42,102 nt of DNA from a bacterium (lineage in GTDB: Bacteria > Sysuimicrobiota > Sysuimicrobiia > Sysuimicrobiales > Segetimicrobiaceae). The translations under genes were made by a program, and so were the position numbers. The notes under the pieces were generated by a model. The model was not told the origin of the DNA and searched no databases. It was given only the letters and a program-made list of their open reading frames with translations. The stretch is taken from NCBI GenBank assembly GCA_035632615.1, contig DASQGM010000022.1, positions 1-42,102 of the forward strand. The letters run 5' to 3'. Positions 16,979 through 26,183 of this stretch are shown in pieces; position 1 is the first letter of the stretch; every line of letters begins with the position of its first letter.

Positions 16979-17737
16979 ATGGGAAATTGGAGAGAGCAGC
17001 TCGCGTCCTGGCGACTCCCGGTACCCGACTTTCCTGTCGTCCCCGAGGAAAGCGCCCTGGTGGTGGTTGACATGCAATACATGGACGCGCATCCGGACTA
17101 TGGGCTGGGAAAGGTCTTTGCGACGGTTGACCCCAGCCGTGCACATTACTACTTCAGCCGCCTGCGCGACACCGTGATCCCCAACATCCGACGTCTGCTC
17201 GAGGTGTTCCGTGCAGAAGGACTGCGGGTCATCTACTTGACCTTGGGCCCGGTGCTCGCGGACGGCAGCGATCTGTCGCCCAACTTTCGCCGCCGGTATC
17301 GGCTCGAAGAACGGTCCCTCGGCTTCCGCGTCACCCACCCGGTGGGCACCCCGGGTCACCGTGTGCTCGATGAGATCGCGCCCCGACCCGGCGAGCTTGT
17401 GATCAACAAGACCGCGAACAGTGCGTTCAATGCGTCCGATATCGACCGGGTCCTCCGCAACATGGATGTACGCACGCTCGTCGTCGCCGGCGTTGGGACC
17501 GAGGTGTGCGTCGAAACCACGGCACGAGACGCCGTGGATCGGGGATTCAACTGCGTCATCGTCGAGGACGCCTGCGCCACGCTTGACGACGCTTCCCACA
17601 ACAGCGCACTGCTCGCGTTCGCGCGGTGGTTTGGCAAAGTCGCCACCACCGGCGACGTCATTGCCGAACTCCAGCGGGGCGGTCCGGGTGGTCCCGACCG
17701 CGTCGGACGGACTGATCCATCCGAGCGCGAACGCTAG
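16979..17737 (+). CDS. Isochorismatase-family cysteine hydrolase (N-carbamoylsarcosine amidase / biuret hydrolase / RutB-like class)
   Basis: Track ORF trimmed to ATG 16979 (MGNWREQLASW...). Asp-Lys-Cys triad contexts ALVVVDMQ, VINKTANSAF, VAGVGTEVCVETTARDA. Confidence 0.85.
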   Translation: MGNWREQLASWRLPVPDFPVVPEESALVVVDMQYMDAHPDYGLGKVFATVDPSRAHYYFSRLRDTVIPNIRRLLEVFRAEGLRVIYLTLGPVLADGSDLSPNFRRRYRLEERSLGFRVTHPVGTPGHRVLDEIAPRPGELVINKTANSAFNASDIDRVLRNMDVRTLVVAGVGTEVCVETTARDAVDRGFNCVIVEDACATLDDASHNSALLAFARWFGKVATTGDVIAELQRGGPGGPDRVGRTDPSERER

Positions 17738-18714
17738 TTCCACTTCAAGGCGGTGAGTTGGTCGAGGTTCAGGTTCCCCCCGCTCAACACGCACGCCACG
17801 TTGGAACCGGCCGGCAGCTTGATCAGACCACGGAGCAGCGCGGCCACGGTAGCAGCCGCGGCTCCCTCCGCAACAAGCTTCTGATAGTTCATCAGCCACA
17901 GGACGCCGGCGAAAATCTGCTCGTCAGGCAGCGTCACGATCTCATCGACAAACCGGCTCACGACCGACCGGGTGATCTCGCCGACCCGCTTCACCCGCAG
18001 GCCGTCGATGATGCAGTCGACGCGGTCGAGCGTCACCACGCGCCCGGCCTCGACGCTCCGTTTCATGCCGGGCGCGCCCGACGACTCCACGCCGAAGATG
18101 CGCACGGACGGCTTCAGCGCCTTGAGCGCCATCGACACGCCGGAGATCAACCCGCCGCCGCCGATCGGCACCACCGCCGCGTCAATCGAGGGGAGATCGT
18201 CGAAGATCTCCAGCCCCACCGTCCCCTGTCCGGTGATGAGGTCAAGATCGTCGAACGGATGAATATACGTCATGCCTCTTTCGCGCACAAGCTCCAGCGC
18301 TTTCTCGTTCGCTTCATCCCAGATCGTCCCGTGCAACACAACCTCGGCCCCATACGCGCGCGTTGCGGCGACCTTGGAGGGCGTGGCGTTCTCCGCCATG
18401 ACGACGACCGCCGGCATCCCCTCGATGCGGGCGGCCAGCGCAACACCCTGCGCGTGGTTCCCGGCCGACGAGCAGATGACACCGCGTGCCTTTTGCTCTG
18501 CGGTCAGCGTGCTGAACTTGTTGAGCGGTCCGCGAATCTTGTACGACCCGGTCCGCTGAAACATCTCCGCCTTGAGGTAGACGCGATAGCCGGTCGCATC
18601 GTTGAGCAGCCGCGACGTGAGCAACGGTGTGTGATGAACGTGCGGAGCCACGCGCGCACGGGCTCGTTCGAACGCGTCCCGCGTCACGCCCGCCACGATC
18701 GCCTTGTCGATCAT
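17734..18714 (-). CDS. PLP-dependent serine/threonine dehydratase family protein (fold type II, no ACT regulatory domain)
   Basis: Trimmed to ATG 18712-18714 (MIDKAIVAGV...) with GGAGGGG upstream. PLP-Lys motif TGSYKIRG, SSAGNHAQG, phosphate loop PIGGGGLISG. ~326 aa. Confidence 0.85.
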   Translation of the reverse strand: MIDKAIVAGVTRDAFERARARVAPHVHHTPLLTSRLLNDATGYRVYLKAEMFQRTGSYKIRGPLNKFSTLTAEQKARGVICSSAGNHAQGVALAARIEGMPAVVVMAENATPSKVAATRAYGAEVVLHGTIWDEANEKALELVRERGMTYIHPFDDLDLITGQGTVGLEIFDDLPSIDAAVVPIGGGGLISGVSMALKALKPSVRIFGVESSGAPGMKRSVEAGRVVTLDRVDCIIDGLRVKRVGEITRSVVSRFVDEIVTLPDEQIFAGVLWLMNYQKLVAEGAAAATVAALLRGLIKLPAGSNVACVLSGGNLNLDQLTALKWN

Positions 18715-18736
18715 CTCGGCGCCCCTCCGGTCGCGC

Positions 18737-19570
18737 TCAAATGGGTATCTCGAACGGACGCATCTCCACCGCAACACGACGGGTCTCGACAATCAGCTCG
18801 CACAGGTTGTTCACCTGGGCTTCAAAGATCAACCGGCCCTTCTCCGGGCTCGCCAACGTGGGATCCCCGCTCACCCCGGTTGGCTCGGATCGTGCGAGAA
18901 ACTCCTTGGGTGTCGAAGGCGCCCAGACGAAGTTCACGCCGGTGACCGCCGGATCAACGGTGGCGAACCCCGCGAAGCAAAAGCGCCCGCTCGGCGGGTG
19001 GACCGCGCGACGCGCCTCGCTCATCTGCACGAGGTGCCCATAACTGTGGAGCATCTGCGACGTCTCGTCCTCGCACGCGTGCCCGACCGCGCCCGGCTGC
19101 CCCGACGTAATCGCGCCGATCTCCACGCGCGCGCTCAACGAGAGATCGAAGAGCAGGACGTACCCCCCCGTCCGGTTCCTCACCTTCACCGCCGCAATCT
19201 CAATCGGCGGAAGGTTGGCCAGCCGGTGCCCGTTGATGATGATGATCCGCTTGAACCCGTGATAGAAGAGACTCTGGCACACGTCCTCGACCACGGCCGT
19301 CAGCGTTTCGGCGCGAAGCGTGATCGTACCCGGGTAGGCCATGTGATGAGGCGTCCATCCGTACCATACAGGCGGAGCCACAAGCACGCCGGCCCGAGTC
19401 CCCGCCCCCTGCGCGACCGCGATCGCCTCCGCCGCATCCGTCATCACGGGAAGGTGTCGCGCGTGTTGCTCGGTCGAACCAACGGGAAGCAGCACCACGT
19501 CGTCCCGTTCCAGGTACGCCTTGATCTCGGGCCACGTGCGCTCGTGCAACCAGGGTGTCTGATCGGACAT
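18737..19570 (-). CDS. Creatininase-family amidohydrolase (copy 1)
   Basis: 277 aa. Metal-site motif PVGSTEQHARHLPVMTDA, IIINGHRLAN, GHACEDETS. Confidence 0.85.
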   Translation of the reverse strand: MSDQTPWLHERTWPEIKAYLERDDVVLLPVGSTEQHARHLPVMTDAAEAIAVAQGAGTRAGVLVAPPVWYGWTPHHMAYPGTITLRAETLTAVVEDVCQSLFYHGFKRIIIINGHRLANLPPIEIAAVKVRNRTGGYVLLFDLSLSARVEIGAITSGQPGAVGHACEDETSQMLHSYGHLVQMSEARRAVHPPSGRFCFAGFATVDPAVTGVNFVWAPSTPKEFLARSEPTGVSGDPTLASPEKGRLIFEAQVNNLCELIVETRRVAVEMRPFEIPI

Positions 19571-19827
19571 CGATGCCCTCCTTGCGTGAACTCAGTACGC
19601 ATGTACGCGCAACAGAGAGATGCGGCGCCGTAGCGGCGGTGAAGATCGTCATCCGGTGACCAAGGGACGCCGGGCCCGAGACATCGGCCGGTCGCACTCT
19701 CTGTTCGCGGCGGGGACTTCCGCCACCTCGTCGCGCGCGAGAGGACTCAGATGATGCATGAAAGAAGACCAGTGTCCAGCGTCTTTGCGAGAGACCAAGC
19801 CCCTCGCTGCACGACAGCGTTCCCTAG

Positions 19828-21963
19828 GTGATGACAATGCGCATGGGTGTGGACATCGGGGGGACGTTCACGGACCTCCTCCTCGTGAACGACCGCTCCG
19901 GGCAGATCATCATCGAGAAGGTACTCACAACATATCCCGATCCGTCCGACGGCGTTATGACGGCCGTCGAACAGGCCGTCGCGCACGCGGGGGCGTCGCT
20001 GGAGGACGTCGAGGTCCTGGTACACGGCACGACGTTGGCGATCAACACATTGATCGAGCGCACGGGGTCGCAAACGGCGTTGTTCGCGACGCAGGGACAC
20101 AGGGATGCGATCGAGATCCGGCGGGAGCAGCGCTATGACATGTACGATGTGCTGCTGGAAGCACCCGAGCCGCTCGCGCCCCGGCATCTTCGCTTCGACA
20201 TCGAGGAACGGGTGTCCGCAGACGGCGAGATCGTCCACCCGGTGAACCGCGACCAGGTCGCACGACTGCTTCGACGGCTCGAGGAGCGCGGCATCCAAGC
20301 CCTCGCGATCTGTCTGTTGCACAGCTACCGCAACCCCGCGCACGAGCTCGCCATCGCGGAGATCGCGAAGGACGCCGCTCCGCGGCTCCGGCTCTCGCTG
20401 TCGTCACGCGTGGCGCCCGAAATCAAGGAGTATGAGCGAGCCTCCACGACACTCTGCAACGCGTACGTGCAGGCACGCGTCGACAGCTACCTCCGGCGGC
20501 TCGAGCGAGAACTGGGCACCGCCGGATTTCGCGGGGCCTTCTTCCTCATGCAGTCCAGCGGCGGGCTGATCAAGACCGCCACCGCGCGCGAGCTTCCCGT
20601 TCGGATTCTCGAGTCGGGGCCGGCGGGCGGAGCGCTCGCCGCAGGCAACGTCGGTCGCCTCGCCAGCCAGAGCCGGCTGCTGTCCTTCGACATGGGCGGC
20701 ACCACGGCGAAGCTCGCGGTCATCGACGACGGAGAGCCGCTCGTCGCTCCCGGATTCGAAGTGGCGCGCGTCTACCGGTTCGCTCGCGGGAGCGGGCTCC
20801 CCGTGCGGATTCCGGTGATCGAGATGATCGAGATCGGTGCCGGCGGCGGCAGCATCGCCCGCGTCGACCAACTCGGCCTCATCCGCGTCGGGCCGGAGAG
20901 CGCGGGCGCGAATCCCGGCCCCGCGTGCTACGGGGGCGGCGGCACGCTCCCCACCGTCACGGACGCGGATCTGCTCCTCGGGTACCTGGACCCTGACTAC
21001 TTCCTCGGGGGGCGCATGCCGTTGGATCTCGAGCGGGCCCGCCGCGCGGTGATGGAGCACGTCGCCGGCCCGCTGGGGCTCGACCCGATTCACGCCGCCT
21101 GGGGGATCCATCGCATCGTGAACGAGAACATGGCGAACGCCGCCCACGTCCACCTGATCGAGCGGGGCAAGGATCCGCGCGCGTACTCGATCTTTGCGTT
21201 CGGCGGCGCGGGTCCGGTTCACGCGTACGGCGTCGCGGCCCTCCTGGGATCCCCGTCGATCACGGTGCCGCCCGGCGCGGGCGTGGCCTCCGCGGTGGGC
21301 TTCCTCACCGCCCCGCTGTCCTTCGAGTTTGTCCAGGGATGGTACGCACGCCTGTCGGAACTCGACTGGACGCGCGTCAACGCGTTCCTCGACGACATGG
21401 AGCGCCAGGGCCGCGCGCTGCTCTCGGCGGCCGGACTCGCCGACGCCGCGATCGACGTGCGGCGTTCGTGCGACCTGCGCTACGAAGGCCAGGGGTCCGA
21501 CGTCAACGTGCCGGCGCCCGCCGGCCGGCTGGACGCCGCACGGGTCAACGACGTTCGCCGGACATTCGAGCAGCGGTACCGCGAGCTGTACGGCCGCACG
21601 GTGCCCGGTTCCGGCCTCGAGGTCGTGAACTGGCGCGTGACCGTCCGGGGGCCCCGACCTACCCTCCAGATGGCCGGCGGCGAGCCGGACGCAGGCGCTT
21701 CCCCGGACGCGCGCAAGGGTTCGCGCCGCGCGTACTTTGGGGACACCCGAGCGTTCGTCGAGACGCCGGTGTTCGACCGGTACCGACTCGGGCCGGGAGC
21801 GACCGTCGAGGGACCGGCCATCATCGAGGAACGCGAGTCGACGGTCGTCGTCGGCCCCGGGGCCCGCGCCCGCGTGGATGCGTTCCTCAGCGTCGTGGTG
21901 GAACTCGCCGGCTCGCATGGAGAAGGAACGGCGACGTCCGGAGAGAGGCGCGCGCACCGATGA
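19828..21963 (+). CDS. Hydantoinase A / oxoprolinase family, ATP-dependent lactamase subunit A
   Basis: 711 aa. N-terminal ASKHA-type MGVDIGGTFTDLLLV. Start ambiguous among GTG 19828 and ATG 19831/19837/19843. The stop overlaps the hyuB-like start. Confidence 0.9.
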   Translation: MMTMRMGVDIGGTFTDLLLVNDRSGQIIIEKVLTTYPDPSDGVMTAVEQAVAHAGASLEDVEVLVHGTTLAINTLIERTGSQTALFATQGHRDAIEIRREQRYDMYDVLLEAPEPLAPRHLRFDIEERVSADGEIVHPVNRDQVARLLRRLEERGIQALAICLLHSYRNPAHELAIAEIAKDAAPRLRLSLSSRVAPEIKEYERASTTLCNAYVQARVDSYLRRLERELGTAGFRGAFFLMQSSGGLIKTATARELPVRILESGPAGGALAAGNVGRLASQSRLLSFDMGGTTAKLAVIDDGEPLVAPGFEVARVYRFARGSGLPVRIPVIEMIEIGAGGGSIARVDQLGLIRVGPESAGANPGPACYGGGGTLPTVTDADLLLGYLDPDYFLGGRMPLDLERARRAVMEHVAGPLGLDPIHAAWGIHRIVNENMANAAHVHLIERGKDPRAYSIFAFGGAGPVHAYGVAALLGSPSITVPPGAGVASAVGFLTAPLSFEFVQGWYARLSELDWTRVNAFLDDMERQGRALLSAAGLADAAIDVRRSCDLRYEGQGSDVNVPAPAGRLDAARVNDVRRTFEQRYRELYGRTVPGSGLEVVNWRVTVRGPRPTLQMAGGEPDAGASPDARKGSRRAYFGDTRAFVETPVFDRYRLGPGATVEGPAIIEERESTVVVGPGARARVDAFLSVVVELAGSHGEGTATSGERRAHR

Positions 21964-23729
21964 TGGACTTGGGCGATCCGATCGTCCTGCAGGTACTCTG
22001 GCAACGCCTCATCTCGGTCGCGAATGAGCAGGCCGCCGCGCTGATCCGCACCGCGTTCACGCCGATCGTCAGAGACGCGGAGGACCTGTCGGCCGCCGTG
22101 TTCGATCGGCGGGGCCACATGATCGCGCAGTCGGTCACGGGCACGCCGGGCCACATCAACTCCATGGCGACCGGGATGAAGCATTTTCTCGCGGCGTACC
22201 CGCCGGAGACGCTCAGCCCGGGCGATGTGCTCATCACGAACGACCCGTGGCAGACGTCGGGACACCTCCACGATCTGACCGTGGCGACACCGGTCTTCCT
22301 GCACGACACGCTCGCGGGGCTGTTCGCGAACACGTGCCACGCGCTCGACATCGGGGGGCGCCCGTTCTCGGCGGACGCGGACGATGTGTACGAGGAAGGC
22401 TTGTACATCCCCATCATGAAGCTGTACGAGCGGGGCGAGCCCAACGAGTCGTTGTTCCGCATCCTGCGCGCCAACGTCCGCGCCCCCGTGCCAGTGCTCG
22501 GGGACGTGCATGCCCAGGTCGCGTGCAACGACGTCGGCGCCCGGAGCCTGTTGGCGCTGATCGAGGAGTTCCGGCTCGACACGCTCGACGCGGTGGCGGA
22601 GACGATTATCCGTCGCTCCGAGGAGGCGATGCGGCGCGCGATCGCGACGCTGCCCGACGGTGAATACTCGAGCGAAACGGCCGCGGACGGTTTCGACCAC
22701 CCGATCCGCATCAAGACCCGAGTGGTGGTTGCCGGCGACAGCGTGACCGTGGACTACACTGGGACCTCCCCGCGGAACCGGCGTGGGATCAACGTGCCGC
22801 TGAACTACACGGAGGCCTACACCACCTTCGCGATCAAGGCGGCGATCAGCCCGGAGGTGCCCAACAACGACGGGAGCTTCCGGCCGATCCGCGTGATCGC
22901 GCCCCCCGACTGCATCCTGAACGCGCAGCCACCGGCGCCCGTGGGAGCCCGCGCGATCGTCGGACACTTTCTCCCGGGCACCATCTTCCGCGCGCTCGGC
23001 TCGGCGGCGGGCGACCGCGCGATGGCCGCGGGAGCCGATTCGGTGTGCCTGATCACCGTCCACGGAGAGACGTCCAACGACCCCTTCACGTACACGTTCT
23101 TTTGCCTCGGCGGCATGGGCGCGCGCGCCGGGAAGGACGGCCTCTCCACCACCGGGTTTCCGAGCGGCGTTGCAGGCACCGCCGCGGAGGTCACCGAAAC
23201 GTTCGCACCCGTGCTCATCCACCGTCGCGAACTGCGGGACGGCTCCGGCGGCGCCGGTCGTCACCGCGGAGGGCTCGGGCAGACGATCGACCTCGCGATC
23301 CGAACCGGCCGGGCCTACGGCGTGGCCGCCACCGCGGATCGCACGCGATTCCCGGCCGAAGGGGTCGAGGGCGGCCACGCGGGCGCGCCGGCGCGCACGG
23401 TCCTCGATACGGGCGAGGTGCTGGACTTCAAGAGCACGCAGCAGCTGGCCCCAGAACGGCGGACCGTGCTCGAACTCGCCGGGGGCGGCGGGTTCGGCGA
23501 GCCGTTCGCGCGCGATCCGCGCGCCGTGCTGCGGGACGTGCTCAACGGATTCGTGCGCATCGACGAGGCGCGCGACCAGTACGGCGTGGTGATCCGTCGC
23601 CTGGCGCCGGAGAACGAGACGGTGTTGCTGTCCGAGGACTTCGAACTGGACGAAACGGCAACCTCGAGGCTGCGGACACCGGCGCGGGGGCGCGGTCCCG
23701 CGTCGTCCGCACGGTCAGACGGACCCTGA
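21960..23729 (+). CDS. Hydantoinase B / oxoprolinase family, subunit B
   Basis: Track ORF 21339..23729 trimmed to ATGATG at 21960, an ATGA overlap with the subunit A stop. N-terminus MMDLGDPIVLQVLWQRLISVANEQAAALIRTAFTPIVRDAEDLSAAVFD is typical of the HyuB family. ~589 aa. Confidence 0.9.
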   Translation: MMDLGDPIVLQVLWQRLISVANEQAAALIRTAFTPIVRDAEDLSAAVFDRRGHMIAQSVTGTPGHINSMATGMKHFLAAYPPETLSPGDVLITNDPWQTSGHLHDLTVATPVFLHDTLAGLFANTCHALDIGGRPFSADADDVYEEGLYIPIMKLYERGEPNESLFRILRANVRAPVPVLGDVHAQVACNDVGARSLLALIEEFRLDTLDAVAETIIRRSEEAMRRAIATLPDGEYSSETAADGFDHPIRIKTRVVVAGDSVTVDYTGTSPRNRRGINVPLNYTEAYTTFAIKAAISPEVPNNDGSFRPIRVIAPPDCILNAQPPAPVGARAIVGHFLPGTIFRALGSAAGDRAMAAGADSVCLITVHGETSNDPFTYTFFCLGGMGARAGKDGLSTTGFPSGVAGTAAEVTETFAPVLIHRRELRDGSGGAGRHRGGLGQTIDLAIRTGRAYGVAATADRTRFPAEGVEGGHAGAPARTVLDTGEVLDFKSTQQLAPERRTVLELAGGGGFGEPFARDPRAVLRDVLNGFVRIDEARDQYGVVIRRLAPENETVLLSEDFELDETATSRLRTPARGRGPASSARSDGP

Positions 23730-24338
23730 CGCTCCGCGTCGTATCGCCGCGGAATCGGACCGCGCGCCGAGCCATTCCCGAACGCGTTCCACATAGGCTC
23801 GATCGAGTTCGACGAGCCGATCGTGGAGGAACGAGATCACGAGTCGTTCGAGGATCTCATCGGCGTCGTGACGCATCGGCCAGATCGTGCGGGACCGGTA
23901 TACGTTCACGGCCTCTTCCAAGCGCGCGCCGCTGAGCGCGTGCTGGCTGCCGAAATCCAGCGCGACGCCCTGCTTCGTCGAGCGCAGCTTCCAGAAGATG
24001 GCGCGGTCGAACAGCCAGCCTTCGGTCTTCCAGATCGCGTATCGTTGACGGCGGTCGCGCGGACGTTCGTGAATCCGGACCACGAACTCTTGACGCAGAA
24101 CTCCCCAGAACGGAAATTCGAGCTGCTGGGTCACAGCGAAGCCGTCGCGGACCGTCCGAACCTCTTCGACACCCGGCCAGAGCCGGAGCAACTCGACCGG
24201 CGCCTCGAAGATCCGCCGCGCGGCGGCGAGGTCGCACCCGACGGACGACTCAATCGCGATGAGCGGCAACTCGCGCACGTCACTAACCCGACGAGGGGGC
24301 CGGCCCGTGGCCTCCGGCGAGCGGACCGGCCCCGCCAT
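23715..24338 (-). CDS. Hypothetical protein, possibly SRPBCC/START-like fold
   Basis: Track ORF 23715..24383 trimmed to the ATG at 24338, 9 nt after the upstream stop. Beta-rich core followed by a long C-terminal helix (ILERLVISFLHDRLVELDRAYVERVREWL). I see no diagnostic motif. The 3' end overlaps the convergent hyuB-like gene by 15 nt. Confidence 0.45.
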   Translation of the reverse strand: MAGPVRSPEATGRPPRRVSDVRELPLIAIESSVGCDLAAARRIFEAPVELLRLWPGVEEVRTVRDGFAVTQQLEFPFWGVLRQEFVVRIHERPRDRRQRYAIWKTEGWLFDRAIFWKLRSTKQGVALDFGSQHALSGARLEEAVNVYRSRTIWPMRHDADEILERLVISFLHDRLVELDRAYVERVREWLGARSDSAAIRRGASGSV

Positions 24339-24346
24339 CCGCTCTC

Positions 24347-26077
24347 TTAGCCAGTGACCCAGGGAGTGGACAGTTGGAACCACTCCTCGGGCGGATTTAC
24401 AAACCCGCGCACCTTCTTGTTCAGGACCACGATGTTGAGGTCGTTGCAGATCGGCCAGAACGCGGCGTCTTGTCCCATCGCGATCCGATCCGCCTTCCGG
24501 TACAGCGCGGCCCGCGCGGTATCGTTGAACTCGGAACGCGCCTGATCGAGCAACTTGTCGACCTCAGGGTTCCCGTAGAAGCCGTAGTTGACTCCGTTGG
24601 GAGGCTGTCGTGTGGAACGGAAGACGATGTCGTTCCAGTAGTTCGAGGTCATCCCCCACGAGAGCTGAGAGGCCCCGGTGCCCGCGGGCCGGCCCTTGAA
24701 CAGCATGCCGATGTAGGTCACCCACTCGTAGGTCTTAATGTGCGCGGTGATCCCGATCTTCTTGAGATCGCGCTGGATCCACTCGATCATCGACACCGGG
24801 ATCATCTGTCCCGAGCCGGCGGTGGAGGTTTCCAGCGTCGTCTCGAACCCGTTGGGATACCCGGCCTCGGCCAGCAGCTTCTTGGCGGCCGCGGGGTTGT
24901 ATGGATACGGCTTGTAACTCGGATCGTAGGCCAGCGTGGCCGGCGACAGCATCGAATACGCGGCGGTCGCGGTGTTCTTGAGCAGGTCGCCGCACATTCG
25001 CTCGCGATCGACGCCCATGATGATGGCCTCGCGGATACGCTTGTCCTTCCCGACGATCGGGTCCTTGAGGTTGAACGCGAAGTACCAGATGTGCGGGGCA
25101 TGGCTGGCCAGCACCACATACCCTTCGTTCCGCAGCGCGGCGACCGAGTCGGGAGGCGGAGCGAGAATGAAATCGACTTCGCCCTTGCGCAGCGTCGCGA
25201 CGCGCGTGCTCGGATCGTCGAGTTGGCGGAACACGAGCCGGTCGGCGTTTGGCTTGGGTCCCCAGTAGCCGTCGAATCGCTCGAGCGTGATGTGATCGTT
25301 GGGAACATTCTCTGCGACCTTATAGGGGCCGGTCCCAGCCGGGTGCGCGGCAAAGTTTTGGTTGCCGAGTTTCTGCGCCTGCGCCGGGCTGATCATGAGC
25401 GGCTCGCCGAAGCTCTGCACCGTCATCCGCTCCCACTCGGCGAACGGTGTCGCGAACGTCATCTTGAGCGTGTAGTCGTCCACGACCGACACGTCCTTGA
25501 TCGCGTCGACCACGTACGAACAGTAGCTGTTCGCGCGCCCGTAGTACTGGGGAGCCTTCTTGTCCCACATCCGCTGCCAGTTCCAGAGTGCCGCCTTCGC
25601 ATCCAAGTCCGTGCCGTCGGAGAACTTCACGCCCTTCCGGAGCTTGAAGGTGCGGGTCAGCTTGTCGTCACTCAACTGCCAACTCTCGGCCAGCCGCCCG
25701 ACAAGCGGCGGCGCGACGCGATCGGTCTTCGTCAGGTCTTCCGTGATCAATCCCTCAAACATCTGGTACGTGACGCGATAGGTCAGCCAGCACCCGGTAG
25801 CCTGCGGGTCGAGGATGTCCGACGGTCCCTCCATGCCATAAATGAGCGTGCCGCCTTTTCTTGCGGTACCCCCCGCGGTTTGCGATCCGTAGCGGCCCGA
25901 CGGCAACAGCGACGACTGGCTCAGCGCCGCAGCGGCCGACGACTGGGCCCGCGCGGTCGGCACGCGGGACGCGATCGCCGCGCCGGCCGCGGTCGTTGCT
26001 GCCGCCTTGAGGAACGCACGCCTGCTGACCTGAACCGCCTTCAGCTTTGCGAGCAGGTCACGATCGGAATCGCCCAT
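24347..26077 (-). CDS. ABC transporter substrate-binding protein, family 5 (Dpp/Opp/nickel/opine type), Tat signal
   Basis: 576 aa. Twin-arginine leader VSRRAFLKAAATTAAGAAIASRVPTARA. Family-5 style body (GGTLIYGMEGPSDILDP..., FTLERFDGYWGPKP). Confidence 0.9.
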   Translation of the reverse strand: MGDSDRDLLAKLKAVQVSRRAFLKAAATTAAGAAIASRVPTARAQSSAAAALSQSSLLPSGRYGSQTAGGTARKGGTLIYGMEGPSDILDPQATGCWLTYRVTYQMFEGLITEDLTKTDRVAPPLVGRLAESWQLSDDKLTRTFKLRKGVKFSDGTDLDAKAALWNWQRMWDKKAPQYYGRANSYCSYVVDAIKDVSVVDDYTLKMTFATPFAEWERMTVQSFGEPLMISPAQAQKLGNQNFAAHPAGTGPYKVAENVPNDHITLERFDGYWGPKPNADRLVFRQLDDPSTRVATLRKGEVDFILAPPPDSVAALRNEGYVVLASHAPHIWYFAFNLKDPIVGKDKRIREAIIMGVDRERMCGDLLKNTATAAYSMLSPATLAYDPSYKPYPYNPAAAKKLLAEAGYPNGFETTLETSTAGSGQMIPVSMIEWIQRDLKKIGITAHIKTYEWVTYIGMLFKGRPAGTGASQLSWGMTSNYWNDIVFRSTRQPPNGVNYGFYGNPEVDKLLDQARSEFNDTARAALYRKADRIAMGQDAAFWPICNDLNIVVLNKKVRGFVNPPEEWFQLSTPWVTG

Positions 26078-26183
26078 CAGACACCCCCTCGCCGGTGATT
26101 CTCCATCGCTTCTCTCCTCCGGATCAAAAGTCCCGCTCTGTTCCGAACCGACGGCCCGCGGGCGGTGCCGGGGTCGCGCGCGG

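Noticed and set aside
19758-20138. 126-aa plus-strand ORF starting in the hydantoinase upstream region, considered as a possible leader peptide or regulator.
   Set aside because: It runs out of frame into the hydantoinase A coding sequence. It has an Arg/Gly-rich composition and no ribosome-binding site.
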